64,000 nt of DNA from the human T2T-CHM13v2.0 reference genome, Homo sapiens, in NCBI RefSeq assembly GCF_009914755.1, contig NC_060942.1. One strand, written 5' to 3'. Shown here one piece after another: positions 42,150 to 54,837 of this stretch. A program made the translations under genes and the position numbers. Position 1 is the stretch's first letter. Each line of letters starts with the position of its first letter. The notes under the pieces were generated by a model. It was not told the DNA's origin and ran no database searches. It worked only from the letters and a program-made list of their open reading frames with translations.

Positions 42150-42830
42150 TTTTTCATTTTTAAAAACAGCCTTAGTGAGATATAATTCATATATCATATA
42201 ATTTACTCATTTAAAGTGTGTAACTCAATGGCTTTTACTATATTCACAGAGATGTGCAACCATCACCATAAACAATATTAGAACACTTTTATCATCCCCG
42301 AAAAAAACCTCATACCTTTTAGTGATGACTTCCCATTTCCTCCTAATGCTATCTTCCCACCCCACCCCAGGCCAATACAACTGTGAATCAATTTTCTGTC
42401 TATAAATTTGTCTATTCTAGACATTTTTTTTTTTTTCCGTGAGACAGAGTCTCGCTCTGTCACTCAGGCTGGAGTGCAGTGGCTTGATCTCAGCTCACTG
42501 CAACCTCCGCCTCCTGGGTTCAGGCGATTCTCATGCTTCAGCCTCCTGAGTAGCTGAGATTACAGGCATGTGCCACCACAACTGGCTAATTTTTTAAATT
42601 CTTTTTTATTTTTTAGTAGAGATGTGGTTTCACCACGTTGGCCAGGCTGGCCTCCAACTCTTGACCTCAAGCAGTTCGCCTGCCTCAGCCTCCCAAAGTG
42701 CTGGGATTGCAGTCATGAGCCACTGTGCCTGGCCTATTCTGGACATTTTCTATATATGAAATCATATAATATGTGCTCTTTGTGACTAGCTTCTTTAATT
42801 TGGCATGATGTTTTCCAAGTTTCCCATGAT
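42150..42830 (-). mobile_element. L1MB 3' end (split by Alu)
   Basis: tgagatataattcatatatcata...gatgtgcaaccatcacca...gaaatcatataatatgtg. Confidence 0.8.
42424..42734 (-). mobile_element. AluS
   Basis: Full Alu; TSD tattctagacattt/tattctggacattt. Confidence 0.95.
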
Positions 42831-43089
42831 ATCTTTTTGATAAGAGATCATGTATTGTCTAGGGATAGCTCCTGTGCTTAATTGCTCTTTAAGTGTTTTT
42901 GTATATTGCCTCACCAAATACAACATAAATATTCAGAAATTGTTTTGACATCTGGGGTTTTGTACGCCTAGAACAGCGCTGCCTTCTGCTGGGAAATGCT
43001 CCTTCCAATCTTGTGTTTCAGGGGAGCATGTGAAATGGTCTTTACACAGGCCCTTTCCCCCCGTCCAGTTTGGGGATGGAAGCCTGACC

Positions 43090-43300
43090 CCGCTGATACT
43101 ACCCTGAGATTTTGGAACTGGTAACTGAGACATCAGGTCCCACGGCCTCTCTAGAGCTGGAGACAAGGTGGTCATTTCTCCTGCTGTGTGAAAGAAGGTG
43201 GTACGTGGTAAGGAGAATGAAGCCCACATGAGGGGATGAGTCCTCTGGGACCCCTGACAGCATCCATGTTTCTGATGCCATTGTTCTCCTAGACCCAGGT
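43090..43300 (+). mobile_element. MLT1K-like LTR fragment
   Basis: ggtggtcatttctcctgctgtgtg...ggagaatgaagcccaca. Confidence 0.4.
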
Positions 43301-45480
43301 GGGTCCCTGACCCTCCTATGCTGTCTATAGGACACACTATTATCCATTTCATATTTGGTAGTAAGTATTTAGACATGGGAATGATCACTGCATCTAAAGT
43401 ACCAGGAAAGGTTCAAAAGTGTGGGTCAGCTGCCTCTGGGAGCATCATTTTAATGGGTCATCACAACCTAACGTAATTAATATGTAAGCCTGGTAGGCTT
43501 AGCATCCCAGGTATTTTACATTGGCTGATGATGCCTTCCATGAGCAAATTCAAGCTCTCAGTTTACATCAGTGACATATCACCAAATTTTGTGGGCATTT
43601 TTCTGATCATTAAAAAATGCATTACATAGCACATACCTATATGGAACACAATCAGATTTTTTCTTCCACATCTCAGGGGTTTGAATGAATAGATGTTCTT
43701 TCTCATTCAGACTTGCTTAGTATCATTAAATAAGTAATTGGAAATAGAAGCCAGGAAGAAATTTCAGACATGCACAACATTTTTCTGCTTCAAATGTACC
43801 TTTTAGCATTTTCTGCATGCACCAAGTACTGAAAAAAATGAAATGTGAAGTTAATTTATCATTACTTTGTAATGTTACACTTACCTATCTACTGTTTAAA
43901 GAAAAGGTTTGGGTCTTGACTTAAAACTGAAACTATATATATGCTCTTATTTATTTAGGTGCATGTAAAAGACAAACTCTAAGAAAAAATTCCTGACCCC
44001 TCTTACTACACTTTTTCTATGTGATGTGTGTTGTAAAAAGGAAGTGTTGGCATTTATAACAATCCTGTGTGTTTAGTGGAAATTCCTGGCCTTTTTAAAT
44101 TAATGCTGCTTTTTTTTTCGGTGTCCTATTTTACCACTGTTTACAGACAACCTTCACATCAGGTCTTTTTGCTAACCTATGAAATGGCTGCTTGGGCAAT
44201 ACTTTGAGGGACAAAGATAAGAGAAAGAAAAATATAGATCTGAGAAGAGAGATGGGGAAGAGAAGAATGTGATGGGTCAAGAAGCGAATAGGCTGTGAAC
44301 ACGATTTCTGACAAGGCAGAGGGCATGTTCCCAGGTGGTGCTGATCCCAGCAGGAAAGAGGTCCCTGAACTGGGAGGCGAGCCCCAGGACCTGTGGGAAG
44401 CATTGACTCTTCATCAGGGGTTGTGTTGTTCAATCTTATCTTACGAATTTGCAGTCAGATGGAAGGTTCAGGACTTCACAGATGTGCAAGATTTCTCATT
44501 TAGGTAGAAGAAGAGGATCCAGGTCATTTCTGTGTAAGAGATGACTCAAGGCTGGGAAGACCCAGAGCCCAAAGCTGTGAAGGTTCTACGAGTCACGGTG
44601 ATCTTACTGAACAGGGACTTTTCAAGCCACTTCATTTACGGCACTGCCGAGAGGGTAGCAAAGGCAGAGATGGCTGGGCTGTAAGCTCCAAACTCAATTT
44701 GAATCATGAAAGATTACTTTTATCTGGTTTTTGCACAAGTGTACAGTGGGTTTTGTATAAATCTTGAGAGGGAAAAAGCATTCTGCTGCTAACACATTAA
44801 CAAGTTAGAAATCTTGCCTCAGAGGGTATTTCTTTAGCCTGATGCTTCAAGTGGGGCCTGAAACCGTTCTGGGGGGAGCTGGGCATGCTCATGTGTCTGA
44901 GCCTGGGTGGGCTTCCCCCATCTTTCAAGCCACTTTGGCTCTGGCTGTCAAGGATCACTGATGTCACTGTGAGCCATGGAAGAGAACAAAGAGAAAGTAC
45001 TTCCTGGGTAGAAGAGGGTGAGGCAATAGGAGGTGTTATAAGGAAGGATCTTTAGCAGGAAATGCTCCCCGGAGAGGCCGAAATGATGTCATTGGACCAT
45101 CAGCCCAATAGCAGTCAGAGGCCAAGTGTCATAGGAGACAAATATGCAAGCTTGAGTCTTGCATATTGTTTAACAGAACTTTTGGTCCAAAGGGCCAGTT
45201 ATTTTATTTCACTTACTTTTCTGTCAATAGGGCTTGCCAAGGACTGACCTATAAAATTGAGTGAGCCCTAGGGACAGGGAAATGAATGTATTTTGACCTC
45301 AGCCAAGAAACCAGACCCAAGTTTAATCAGTAGCTTGATTCAAGTTATGTTTCCATTCTGTGCTAATGACTGCATCATCTCTGGCAGGGAGGTAAGAGGG
45401 GTCTTGGAAGCTCCCCTCATTCCCCACCCCCCATCTCTTGCATGAGTTCCTGCAGGTCCAACCAGCTTCAATGGGGGTGT

Positions 45481-45835
45481 TGATATGGTTTGGATGTTTG
45501 TCGCCTCCAAATCCCATGTTGAAATGTGATTCTCAATGTTGGAGGAAGGGTCTAGGGGGAGGTATTGGATCATGGGGATGGATCCCTCCTAAATGGATTA
45601 GCACCATCCCCTTGGTGATAAGTGAGTTCTTGCTCAGTTAGCTCATGCGGGATCTGGTTGTTTAAAAGTCTGAGAACTTACCTCCCTGAATCTCTTGCTC
45701 CAGCTCTTGCCCTGTGATGTGTCTGCTCCCCTTCGCCTTCCACCATGACTGTAAGCTTCCAGAAGCAGATGCTGGCACCATGATTCCTGCAGAGCCTGCA
45801 GGATTGTGACCCAAAATAAACCACTTTATAAGTTA
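45481..45835 (+). mobile_element. MSTB-like LTR, 3' truncated
   Basis: tgatatggtttggatgtttgtc...agcaccatccccttggtgataagtgagttct. Confidence 0.85.
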
Positions 45836-45944
45836 CACAGGTATGACCTAGAATTGAAGGGTCTCAGCACCACAGAAGACACAAGGAACTTCTGAAGAAT
45901 GCAGATCCCTAACCGGGGAAGTCAGAGAACCACCTGCTTAAGAA

Positions 45945-46560
45945 ATGCTTTTCTTAATGTATCATTTGAAAGTGCAGGCTCCTGGGCCTCACCTAAAGTT
46001 CACTGGATGAGCATTTCTGGGGGTGGAGCTCAGGAATGTGCATTTACACTTGTGAAAGGAAAATAAAAACTTAGGACTCCAATTCACTCTGCCAAAAGGA
46101 AAAAAAAATGAAGCTGAAAGCTGAGTCATGCCAGAAACTGCCTTTCCTTTTGTCCCTAAGCAGAGAGCTACAGATAAAAGGTTAAGTATCTCCGTAGGTA
46201 GCTAATTTATGTTCACCTTATCTTTTGTAAAGTGCTGAGTTACTGAGCATGAGACAATATATATAACTGACTGTTCCCCTACCTGTTCCTTTTCTCTTGC
46301 AACATGTGGATTGCCATGCCCTCCCTGTTTCCCCTCCAGCCTGTTTTTCCCCTTTAAATATTGAAGCCCTCGAAGTCATCTTTTGAGAAAGGTAGACCAT
46401 AGACTGTTTCTGTGATTCTGTGTTTTTTCTTCTGGGTGTGTCCTCTAACCCTGGCAAAAAAAATCTAAATTGATTGAGACCTATCTCAGATACTTTTGGT
46501 TTACACACCAAGTCCCAGAGTAACTCTTAGGCATGCCAACCTTTGGAAACCATTGCTTTA
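45945..46560. mobile_element. MER5-family element (split by MER4A1)
   Basis: gtgcaggctcctgggcctcacc...caggaatgtgcattta / ...tttggaaaccattgcttta. Confidence 0.55.
46051..46505 (+). mobile_element. MER4A1-like ERV1 solo LTR
   Basis: tgtgaaaggaaaataaa...aagctgaaagctgagtcatg...ctcagatacttttggtttaca; TSD CACT/CACC. Confidence 0.85.
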
Positions 46561-47371
46561 GGGTGTGGAATGGCTCGGATATGAAGCTTTAAATCTGAAG
46601 AAACATGACTCACATTGTCCTCAATGGTATATTCTCAGCTAAAGACTCTGCAGATCATATCATGGAGGAATCATTGTGTCCCAGGAATTGCTATATTGGT
46701 GATGGGGCATGAATCTTAAGGTAAGACCAACCTTGTGATGGCTCAATGGGAGAGGGGAGAGGAGGAAAAAAACTCTAGAGATGGGAGAAAGATTAGAAGC
46801 TGGTGTGTGCCCATGAGGGGACCCCCCCATGAAGAGTTTAATTTTTGGTCCTTTTCCTCTTGAACGCTGGAATGGTTATATTTGACATCAGGTTACATTA
46901 TTCCCCAGTTAACTTCCATACTTCCATGAAGTCTGTTCAAACATACAGTATAGTCTACATGGTGTCATGGCTGCAGGGGGATTAGGGAAGAGCCGTAAAA
47001 GGAAGTGTGACTTCCCTAGAACCACTCCACTGCCGAGGCCAGCATGTTGAAGACAGCATTAGTTAAAAGCCAGAACATACAGAATTCTAGGCAGGGGCCA
47101 CGGGGCAATGAGTAGATTCCAAGGCATGGCAGGGAGGAGAATATGACAAGGACAACAGCTACCAGTAGTCACCATTCCTACTTCTGTTCCTATTTCCTCT
47201 TTAACCAACTCTAAACAGATTTTTATCTCCACTCATCTTGAAATCTTCTCTTGGCAAGGTCACCTATGACATCTAAATTGCCAAATTCAATATCATTTCA
47301 AAGATATTCTCTTTGACCTGTCGATAGGCATTTGGCACAATTGACCATTTGCTTCTTGAAAAGTTCTTCCT

Positions 47372-47649
47372 GGCTGGCACGGTGGCTCATGCCTGTAATC
47401 CCAGCACTTTGGGAGGCCAAGGCGGTGGATTATGAGGTCAGGAGTTCAAGACCTGCCTGGCCAACATGATGAAACCACGTCTCTACTAAAAATACAAAAT
47501 GTTAGCTGGGCATGGTGGCATGCTCCTGTAGTCCCAGCTACTCAGGAGGCTGAGGCAGGAGAATTACTTGAATCCAGGAGGTGGAGGTTCCAGTGAGCCG
47601 AGATCGTGCCACTGCACTCCAGCCTAGGTGACAGAGTGAGACCCGTCTC

Positions 47650-47682
<33 letters not shown>

Positions 47683-47686
47683 GAAA
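47372..47686 (+). mobile_element. AluS
   Basis: Full Alu; TSD gaaaagttcttcc/gaaaagctcttcc. Confidence 0.95.
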
Positions 47687-48272
47687 GAAAAGCTCTTCCC
47701 TTGGCTTGCAGATAAGCACTCAGTCTTGCTTTTTCTGCTCCTTTACCAGGTGATCCTTTGATATTCCCTTTAGTCATTCTTTCTCAATGTGGGCATGGCC
47801 AAGGGCTTAGTTCTTGGACATAATTTTCTTCATTCTCCTCACTTAACCCATGGACTGACGACTCCCAATATATTTATCTCCAGTTCCAATTTCTCCTCAC
47901 TTGTAAATACAACTGCTGACTGTCCATCTCCACTGGGAACTGTGATGAGGCTGGCATAACATGTCCAAACCAAACTCACTATTTCTTCTCTGCTGCCCCA
48001 AACCTGTTCCTCCTCAGTTTTCCCCATGTTTCTAACTACTTAGGCCAAAAACCTTGGCATTACCCCAACTCTTCTCTTTCTGTCACATCTCATACCCAGT
48101 TCAACAACAAACCCTGTTGGTTCTACCAGGAAAAGATTTCCAAGGTGTGTGCCCACCTCTCACGACTTTCATCTTTACCCCCCTCACCCAAACTACTACT
48201 ATCTAGCATCTGGATTTTTGCTGTATATCTAGACAAAAATCTAACTTGCTCTTGCTTCCACCCTAACCCTTA

Positions 48273-48778
48273 TGTGGTAAATGATTAACTCAGCAGGTTT
48301 TAGTTGTCCAAACCTTGTACATTTCAAAGAAAGTTTGGCCCTTACCTGGCTACTGGGAAATAACTTGTAAGGCTTTGGAATATTCTGACTGTTAAGAGTG
48401 CCTTTGTTTACCTGACGTCTTAGGCCACTCTAGATAGTTTACGCTAATAATGTGATTAATGGTGAGGGCCTTGGGTAATAAAATTTAGGCAATAAAACCA
48501 GTAATAAAACTGGTATCAACTTTATTTCTGGAGGAATTGAGACTGAGTATGATGGTTAATTTTATGTGTCAACTTGGTGAGCCCACAGAGCTCAGATACT
48601 TGCTGGAACATTATTCTGGGTGTTTCTGTCAAGATCTTTTTTAGATGAGATTAACATATAACTTAGTAGACTTTGAGTAAAGCAGATTAACCTCCATAAT
48701 GTGTGGGTGGGCCTTATCTAATCAGTTGAAGGTCATAAGAGAACAGACTGACCCTCCCTGATGAGGAAGGAATTCTGT

Positions 48779-48817
<39 letters not shown>

Positions 48818-49390
48818 GTCTATGGTAAAGCAAAGAAAGAATTATGTCAGCAGATTGTTTTTGAACTAACTCTTCACTAATTCTCCAGCCTGTTGGGCTA
48901 CTCCATCAGATTTTGGACTTGCCAAGCCTCAATTGCATGAGCTTATTCCTTAAAAAAAAAATCTTTCTGTATATACATCTTGTTGTCCTGTTTCTTTGGA
49001 GAACCCTGACTAATATACTGAGTAATTAAGATCAACCGCATGGGTGATTGGTCATGCCGACATGACCAACCCCCATTAAAGAACCTGGACATCAAGGCTT
49101 GGGTTAGCTTCTGTGATGGCTGATGCCTTGTGAGTATTGCTCAGTTCACACAACATTGCAGGTAGAATTAAACACTGTCTATCTGATTCCACAAGGAAGG
49201 GATAAACGGCAGCTTGCACCTTTTTCTTCTGGACCATATCCTGTGTGCCTCTTTCCGTTGTGGATTTTAATCTGTGCCATTTTGCTGGAATAAACCACAA
49301 TAGTGAGTCTAATAGCTTTGCCGAGTTCTGAGTTATTTGTAGCAGATCACTGAATCTGAGGGTGGTCTTGAAGGATCCCCCTGAATGCAA
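48273..49390 (+). mobile_element. MER77-like ERVL LTR
   Basis: ttaactcagcagg...caaaccttgtacatttcaaagaaag...aataaaccacaatagtgagt...actgaatctgagggtggtcttg. Confidence 0.7.
48548..49017 (+). mobile_element. MLT2D/C-like ERVL LTR containing (TG)n
   Basis: gatggttaattttatgtgtcaacttgg...gactttgagtaaagcagatt...ggagaaccctgactaata; perfect TSD CTGAG. Confidence 0.85.
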
Positions 49391-50219
49391 CCCCAACCAT
49401 GTATTTTCCTCATAATAAGCTTTTAAAATACAAAGTAGATTATATCCTTTCTCTGCCCCTAACTTTTAATAGTTCTCTGTTTTTCTCACAGTGAAAGCCA
49501 AAGTCCACAGGATCTCCCCCTCCTGACTTCTTCTCTGACCTCAACTCTTACTTCCTCATCACTCACTCAGCTCCCACTTCATGGGCTCTTTGCTGATTTC
49601 CTTGAACTCTCCAACCTCAGGACTTTGTATATACTTGCATTTAGTGTTTCCTCTTCCTGAAGGCTTTTTACACAAATACCTATGTGACTCACTCACTCAC
49701 TTCCTTTAGACCTTTGATCAATCAGTTAGACCTAACTGAAAGGTCTTCCTTGACTACTGCATATAAAATAGCATTCTACGCCCCATGATTTCCTATTTCC
49801 TTTTATTATTTTTTATAGCACTTTTGACATCTTAACAAATTTTACATTTATATGATTATGTGTTCCTTATCTATTATCCTCCACTAGAAAATAAGTTTCA
49901 TGAGATCAGGGACTTTGCCTATTTTATTAACTTCCGTATCCCCTATCTCTTGTACTTAGAACAGTGCGTGGCACGTAGTAGATGCTTAATAAATGTTAGT
50001 AGAATAAATGAACGAATGAGTGAGTAACTTCAAAATGAACACAAAATGAGGATGAAGATTGATCTTACTCTTTCAATTCTCTCTGCACTCCTTGCCCTCT
50101 GTATCGCTATGTTATTTGCCATTAAGGCCTCTTATTTCTTCCTTTGAAACTATTTCAGATGAAACTTGTCCTCCATTCACTTGCCATTCATACGTTTTGG
50201 TTTTTCCTTTTATAAAATA

Positions 50220-50966
50220 AAACTTTTTATTGTGGTATAATACATATAACATAAAATTGACCATTTTAACCATTCCAAGTGTACAATTTGGTGGCATTAA
50301 GTACATTCACAAGGTTGTGCAATCATTTCCACTATCAATTTCCCGAACTTTTTCATCATCCCAAATGGGAACGCTGTACCCATTGAACAATAACTTCCCA
50401 TTTCCTCTTTCCCCTGCCCTGGGTAAGCTCTATTCTACAGTATGTCTCTATGAATTTGCCTATTTTAGGTAACCTCATATAAGTGGAATCATATAATATT
50501 TGTTCTTTTGTGACTGACTGGCTTGTTTCACTTAGCAAATGTCTCCAAGGTCACCCGTGTTGTAACATGGATCAGAATTTTCTTCTTTTTAATGGTTGAA
50601 TAACATTCCATTGTATGTATATACCACATTAAAAAAATCAATTCATCTGTTGATGGACATGGGTTATTTCCACCTTTTGGCTATTGAGATTAATGGTCTG
50701 AATATTGGTGTGCAGGAATATGTTTGAGTCTCTCTTCTCAATTCCCTTGGGTATATACCTAGGAGTAGAATTGCTGAATCATATGGTAATTCTATGTTTA
50801 ACCTTTGAGGAACCATCAAACTATGTTTCACAGCAACTGTACCGTCTTACATTCCCATTGACAATACATGAAGATCCTGATTTCTTCATATCTCCACCAA
50901 CACTTTTTTTCCTTTTTAAAAAAGTAATATCCTTCATGATGGGTGTGAAATGATATCTCATTATGA
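50220..50966 (-). mobile_element. L1MB 3' end
   Basis: ataacataaaattgaccattttaacc...ggcattaagtacattcaca...cctaggagtagaattgctg. Confidence 0.85.
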
Positions 50967-51161
50967 TTCACAGTCTTTTACCTCATCACCTTGCACCTGG
51001 ATTGATGAAAGAGTCTCCTTGGGAATATACCTGCCCTCCATGTTTCCCTTCCTGCTGCATTTGACCACTGTTGCTCATGCATCTTTGTAAAACACCATCC
51101 TGATGTAGATTTGGGCAATATTTTTATAAAGATGATGGAAACAATGAGGCTGCTGCGGATG

Positions 51162-51721
51162 TGTGAGGGTTAATCTTAGGTGTCAATTTGATTGGATTGA
51201 AGGATGCCTAGATAGCTGGTTAATTACTGTTTCTGGGTGTGTCTGTGAGGGTATTGTAGAGGAGATTGACATTTGAGTCAGTGGACTGGGAGAGGAAGAC
51301 TCACCCTCGATGTCGGTGGGCACCTTCCAATCGAATGGCAGCAGGTAAAAGAAGGTGGGATAAGCTGGCTAGTCGAATCTTCTGGTTTTCATCTTTCGTC
51401 TATGATGGGTGCTTCCATGTGTTCCTCCTGTCCTTGGACACCTGACTCCAGGTTCCTCGGCCTTTGGACTCTTGGACTTGCGCCAGTGGTTTGCTGGGGG
51501 CTCTCGGGCCTTTGGCCACAGACTGAAGGCTGCACTGTTGGCTTCCCTATTTTTGAGGCTTTTGGACTTGGATTGTGTTACAACTGGCTTCTTTCTCAGC
51601 TTGGAGACAGCCAATTGTAGGACTTTGTCTTGTGATTGTGTGAGCAAATTTTCTCTCATAAACTTCCTTTCCTATATGTGTATATCCTATTAGTTCTGTC
51701 CTTCTGGAGAACCCTAATATA
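51162..51721 (+). mobile_element. MLT2B-like ERVL solo LTR
   Basis: tgtgagggttaat...tgtcaatttgattggattgaaggatgcc...tcctattagttctgtcc...ggagaaccctaata; TSD GGATG/GAATG. Confidence 0.85.
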
Positions 51722-51779
51722 GAATGTACAGAGAAGAAAAGGAAAAGGAAAGAAGATGAAGGCAGATTATTCTGGAATA

Positions 51780-52033
51780 TTTTTAAAGGACAAGGTGGGG
51801 GTCAGGATACAAGACACTTACAAGGGTCTCCTAATAGCCCAGGGAAGAGAGAATTTTGAGAAAGAAGTGATCAGCATTGCTCTGAAATTACAGAGAGTCA
51901 GGTGTTTTGAAGAGGGATCGCTGGATTTTGACAATTAAGAGTAAGCAATTCATAACTTTTGAGACACAGTTTATGTTTACTGGAGGAGGTAGGGTAGAAT
52001 AAAATATCATTGAATTGACAAAAGAATAATGGG

Positions 52034-52066
<33 letters not shown>

Positions 52067-52140
52067 TTCCAGATGATTATCAGCAAAGGAAAGTGGGACA
52101 GTAGAAGAGCTGTGGGGAGGGGTTTTTTAAAGATGGGAAA
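51780..52140 (-). mobile_element. L2 fragment (apparently resumes at ~55475)
   Basis: gagaaagaagtgatcagc...ctggattttgacaatt...gggttttttaaagatggga. Confidence 0.5.
52034..52066 (+). repeat. (ATT)n microsatellite
   Basis: ~11 ATT units. Confidence 0.95.
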
Positions 52141-54057
52141 TCAAGGCTAGCAGCCCAGCCACAGAGGCAGAGCCTCCAGGTCTCTGGGCTTAGTACTTCT
52201 GGTGCCACTTAGACTTCTGCCAACACCCCAATCCAGGGCCAGATCCTGACAAGCGATATTCCTTTCTATCTTAGAGAGGTAGCTCCTTTCCATTTTTGAA
52301 AACCTGCACTCCACTGAGCCTTCACTTTGAAAAGGAATTGAAGGGAGAAAGATTCCAATGTCGTAAGCCTTAGCAGCCCTGACTTTAAGCTCCAGTCATA
52401 TCCTTGGCATCTTAATCTCTCCTGTGAGAAATGGAGCTTTAGTGTAAAAATATATTTACGCTTCATGGTGACAACACATCCGAGACTTGTGCTCAGAGGT
52501 CATTTAGCAGATCAATGGTCCCAACACCAACTAAAAGAAGATATTGTGGTTAATGATATTAGATGGTATGTGAAGGAGTCATTACTGGAGAAACATCAGG
52601 GTAGGGCTATATGTGAAATGTCCCGAAGGGAACAGGATTTAATGGAGGATCTCAAGGTTGCAAGAAAGGCATACCATGAGCTCATACTACAGTTGTCTCT
52701 TGTTTCATGGGGGGCACTCATGCTTATATTTGGTGACTTGAATGCTTACATATCTCTGCATGAAGATTTGTTGGCAAGAATAGGAGAAACAACCAAACCT
52801 GATGAAATAGTGGAACAGACTGGGCCCATTCTCATGAACTGGTTGCCAAGCTTAAATACCTGTAAAGACTATCGTCATAACCAGCTGGTGGCCAAGGCAC
52901 TTCTTTCCAAAAGAAACAAGATTCAAGAATGCAAGACTTCTTGAGCAATGTCTTGAGTCTCCTTTCAGTCAAAAATTAGATCTTTAGAATTTCCTAGATA
53001 TTCCTTAAAGTTGCCTCATCAAATAATCTTTAGTGTGATAAGGCATTTTTAGACATTCTCCAAAAGATCACCCTGAGGTTGAGCATCTAGAGAACGTTGT
53101 ATTGATAACACAGGGAATTCCCTCCGATATTAACTAGAAGAAAGGCCAATTAGAGTGCCAGTATTTTACTGACAAACTGGAGTAACTGGATGAAAAAGTG
53201 AAAGGATCGTAGAATTGAAACAAGCAAAGTATTGCTCTGCCATGGGAACTTGAAAAATAAGACAGACATAAACTTTACATTTCTCTGTTTCAAGACTTCT
53301 TGGTTTTGACTTGACCTGGTAACAAGAAACACAAAAGGAGAATTACTTTTATCCGTTTTGCTAGCAACCAACCGTAGTCTAAGAGCTAGTCTTTGAAGAC
53401 CTGAAGGATGGAGATGTGAGAATGAGAAAGTCCTTTTGAAGATGTTTCTGTAATTCAGATAAAGCTAAAAATATCTTTGTAGTTTGCTTCCAAGACCCTT
53501 CTTTGGGCCAGTCTCACACTCCATAAGTCTAAGATGTGTTTCATAAGCAGCAGTGGTTCCATTGTACTTAAGTCACTATTGCTTCTTTCCAGTCTAACTA
53601 AGTTTGAGGATTAGCCAGAGCTCCAAAAAGAGTGGGAAAAGAACAATCCCTTGGTCTGGATCATCAAAGACTGGAGGAAGGCTTCCACAGTTTTTGGTGT
53701 TATTCAAATAGAAGTTAAAAAAAAAAACTTCATAATATGGTTCCCCTGCACAAATAGCAGAACACACCAAAAGCGTAAAAACACTCAGAACGCAATCTGG
53801 GTTCCAAAAAGCAAGGGACAAAGCCTAGTTAAGTGGCAAATGCAAACGGATTTTGGGATAAGGAGAGTTCTGTGTATTTACTGGTAAACAGACTATTTAT
53901 AAATGAGTATAAGGGTTTTTCTTTTCTTGAAATGTAAGCATGAGAGAATTATAAGCTTACTTCATATCAGCTTTAATATTTTCTATGTTTTTTGTTGTTG
54001 TTTCAAATGGCAGCTAAAGGTATACATATACAGACTACATTATATAAATGGTGTTAA

Positions 54058-54204
<147 letters not shown>

Positions 54205-54480
54205 TAATTTTTTTTAGTTCATTTAGAACATCCAACTCTGGCATTTTTAATCAAATGAAATATTTATGAAGTGGATTTTCATTTAATTCTGAATTCATCA
54301 TGACTTTATAGTATCAACTAATTATGGTATTTATAATATTTGCCAACACATAGAATTTTGTAAACACTAGGCTTTTACAGTGTTTCTTCAATAAACTTAG
54401 CATGCAAAATTGGAAGTTTTAACATTGACACCTAATTCTACATGACATATATGTTTGCAGTATTTAAAAATTCACACTGA

Positions 54481-54837
<357 letters not shown>

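Larger units (their letters stand above)
47165..50027 (+). mobile_element. L2a (RT to 3' end), split by Alu, MER77 and MLT2D
   Basis: caaggtcacctatgac...gcatttggcacaattgacca; aacatgtccaaaccaaactc; 3' end gtggcacgtagtagatgcttaataaatgttagtagaataaatgaa. Confidence 0.8.

Noticed and set aside
52141-53861. Functional NET1 paralog
   Set aside because: Multiple in-frame stops, frameshifts and deletions, and no intact start.
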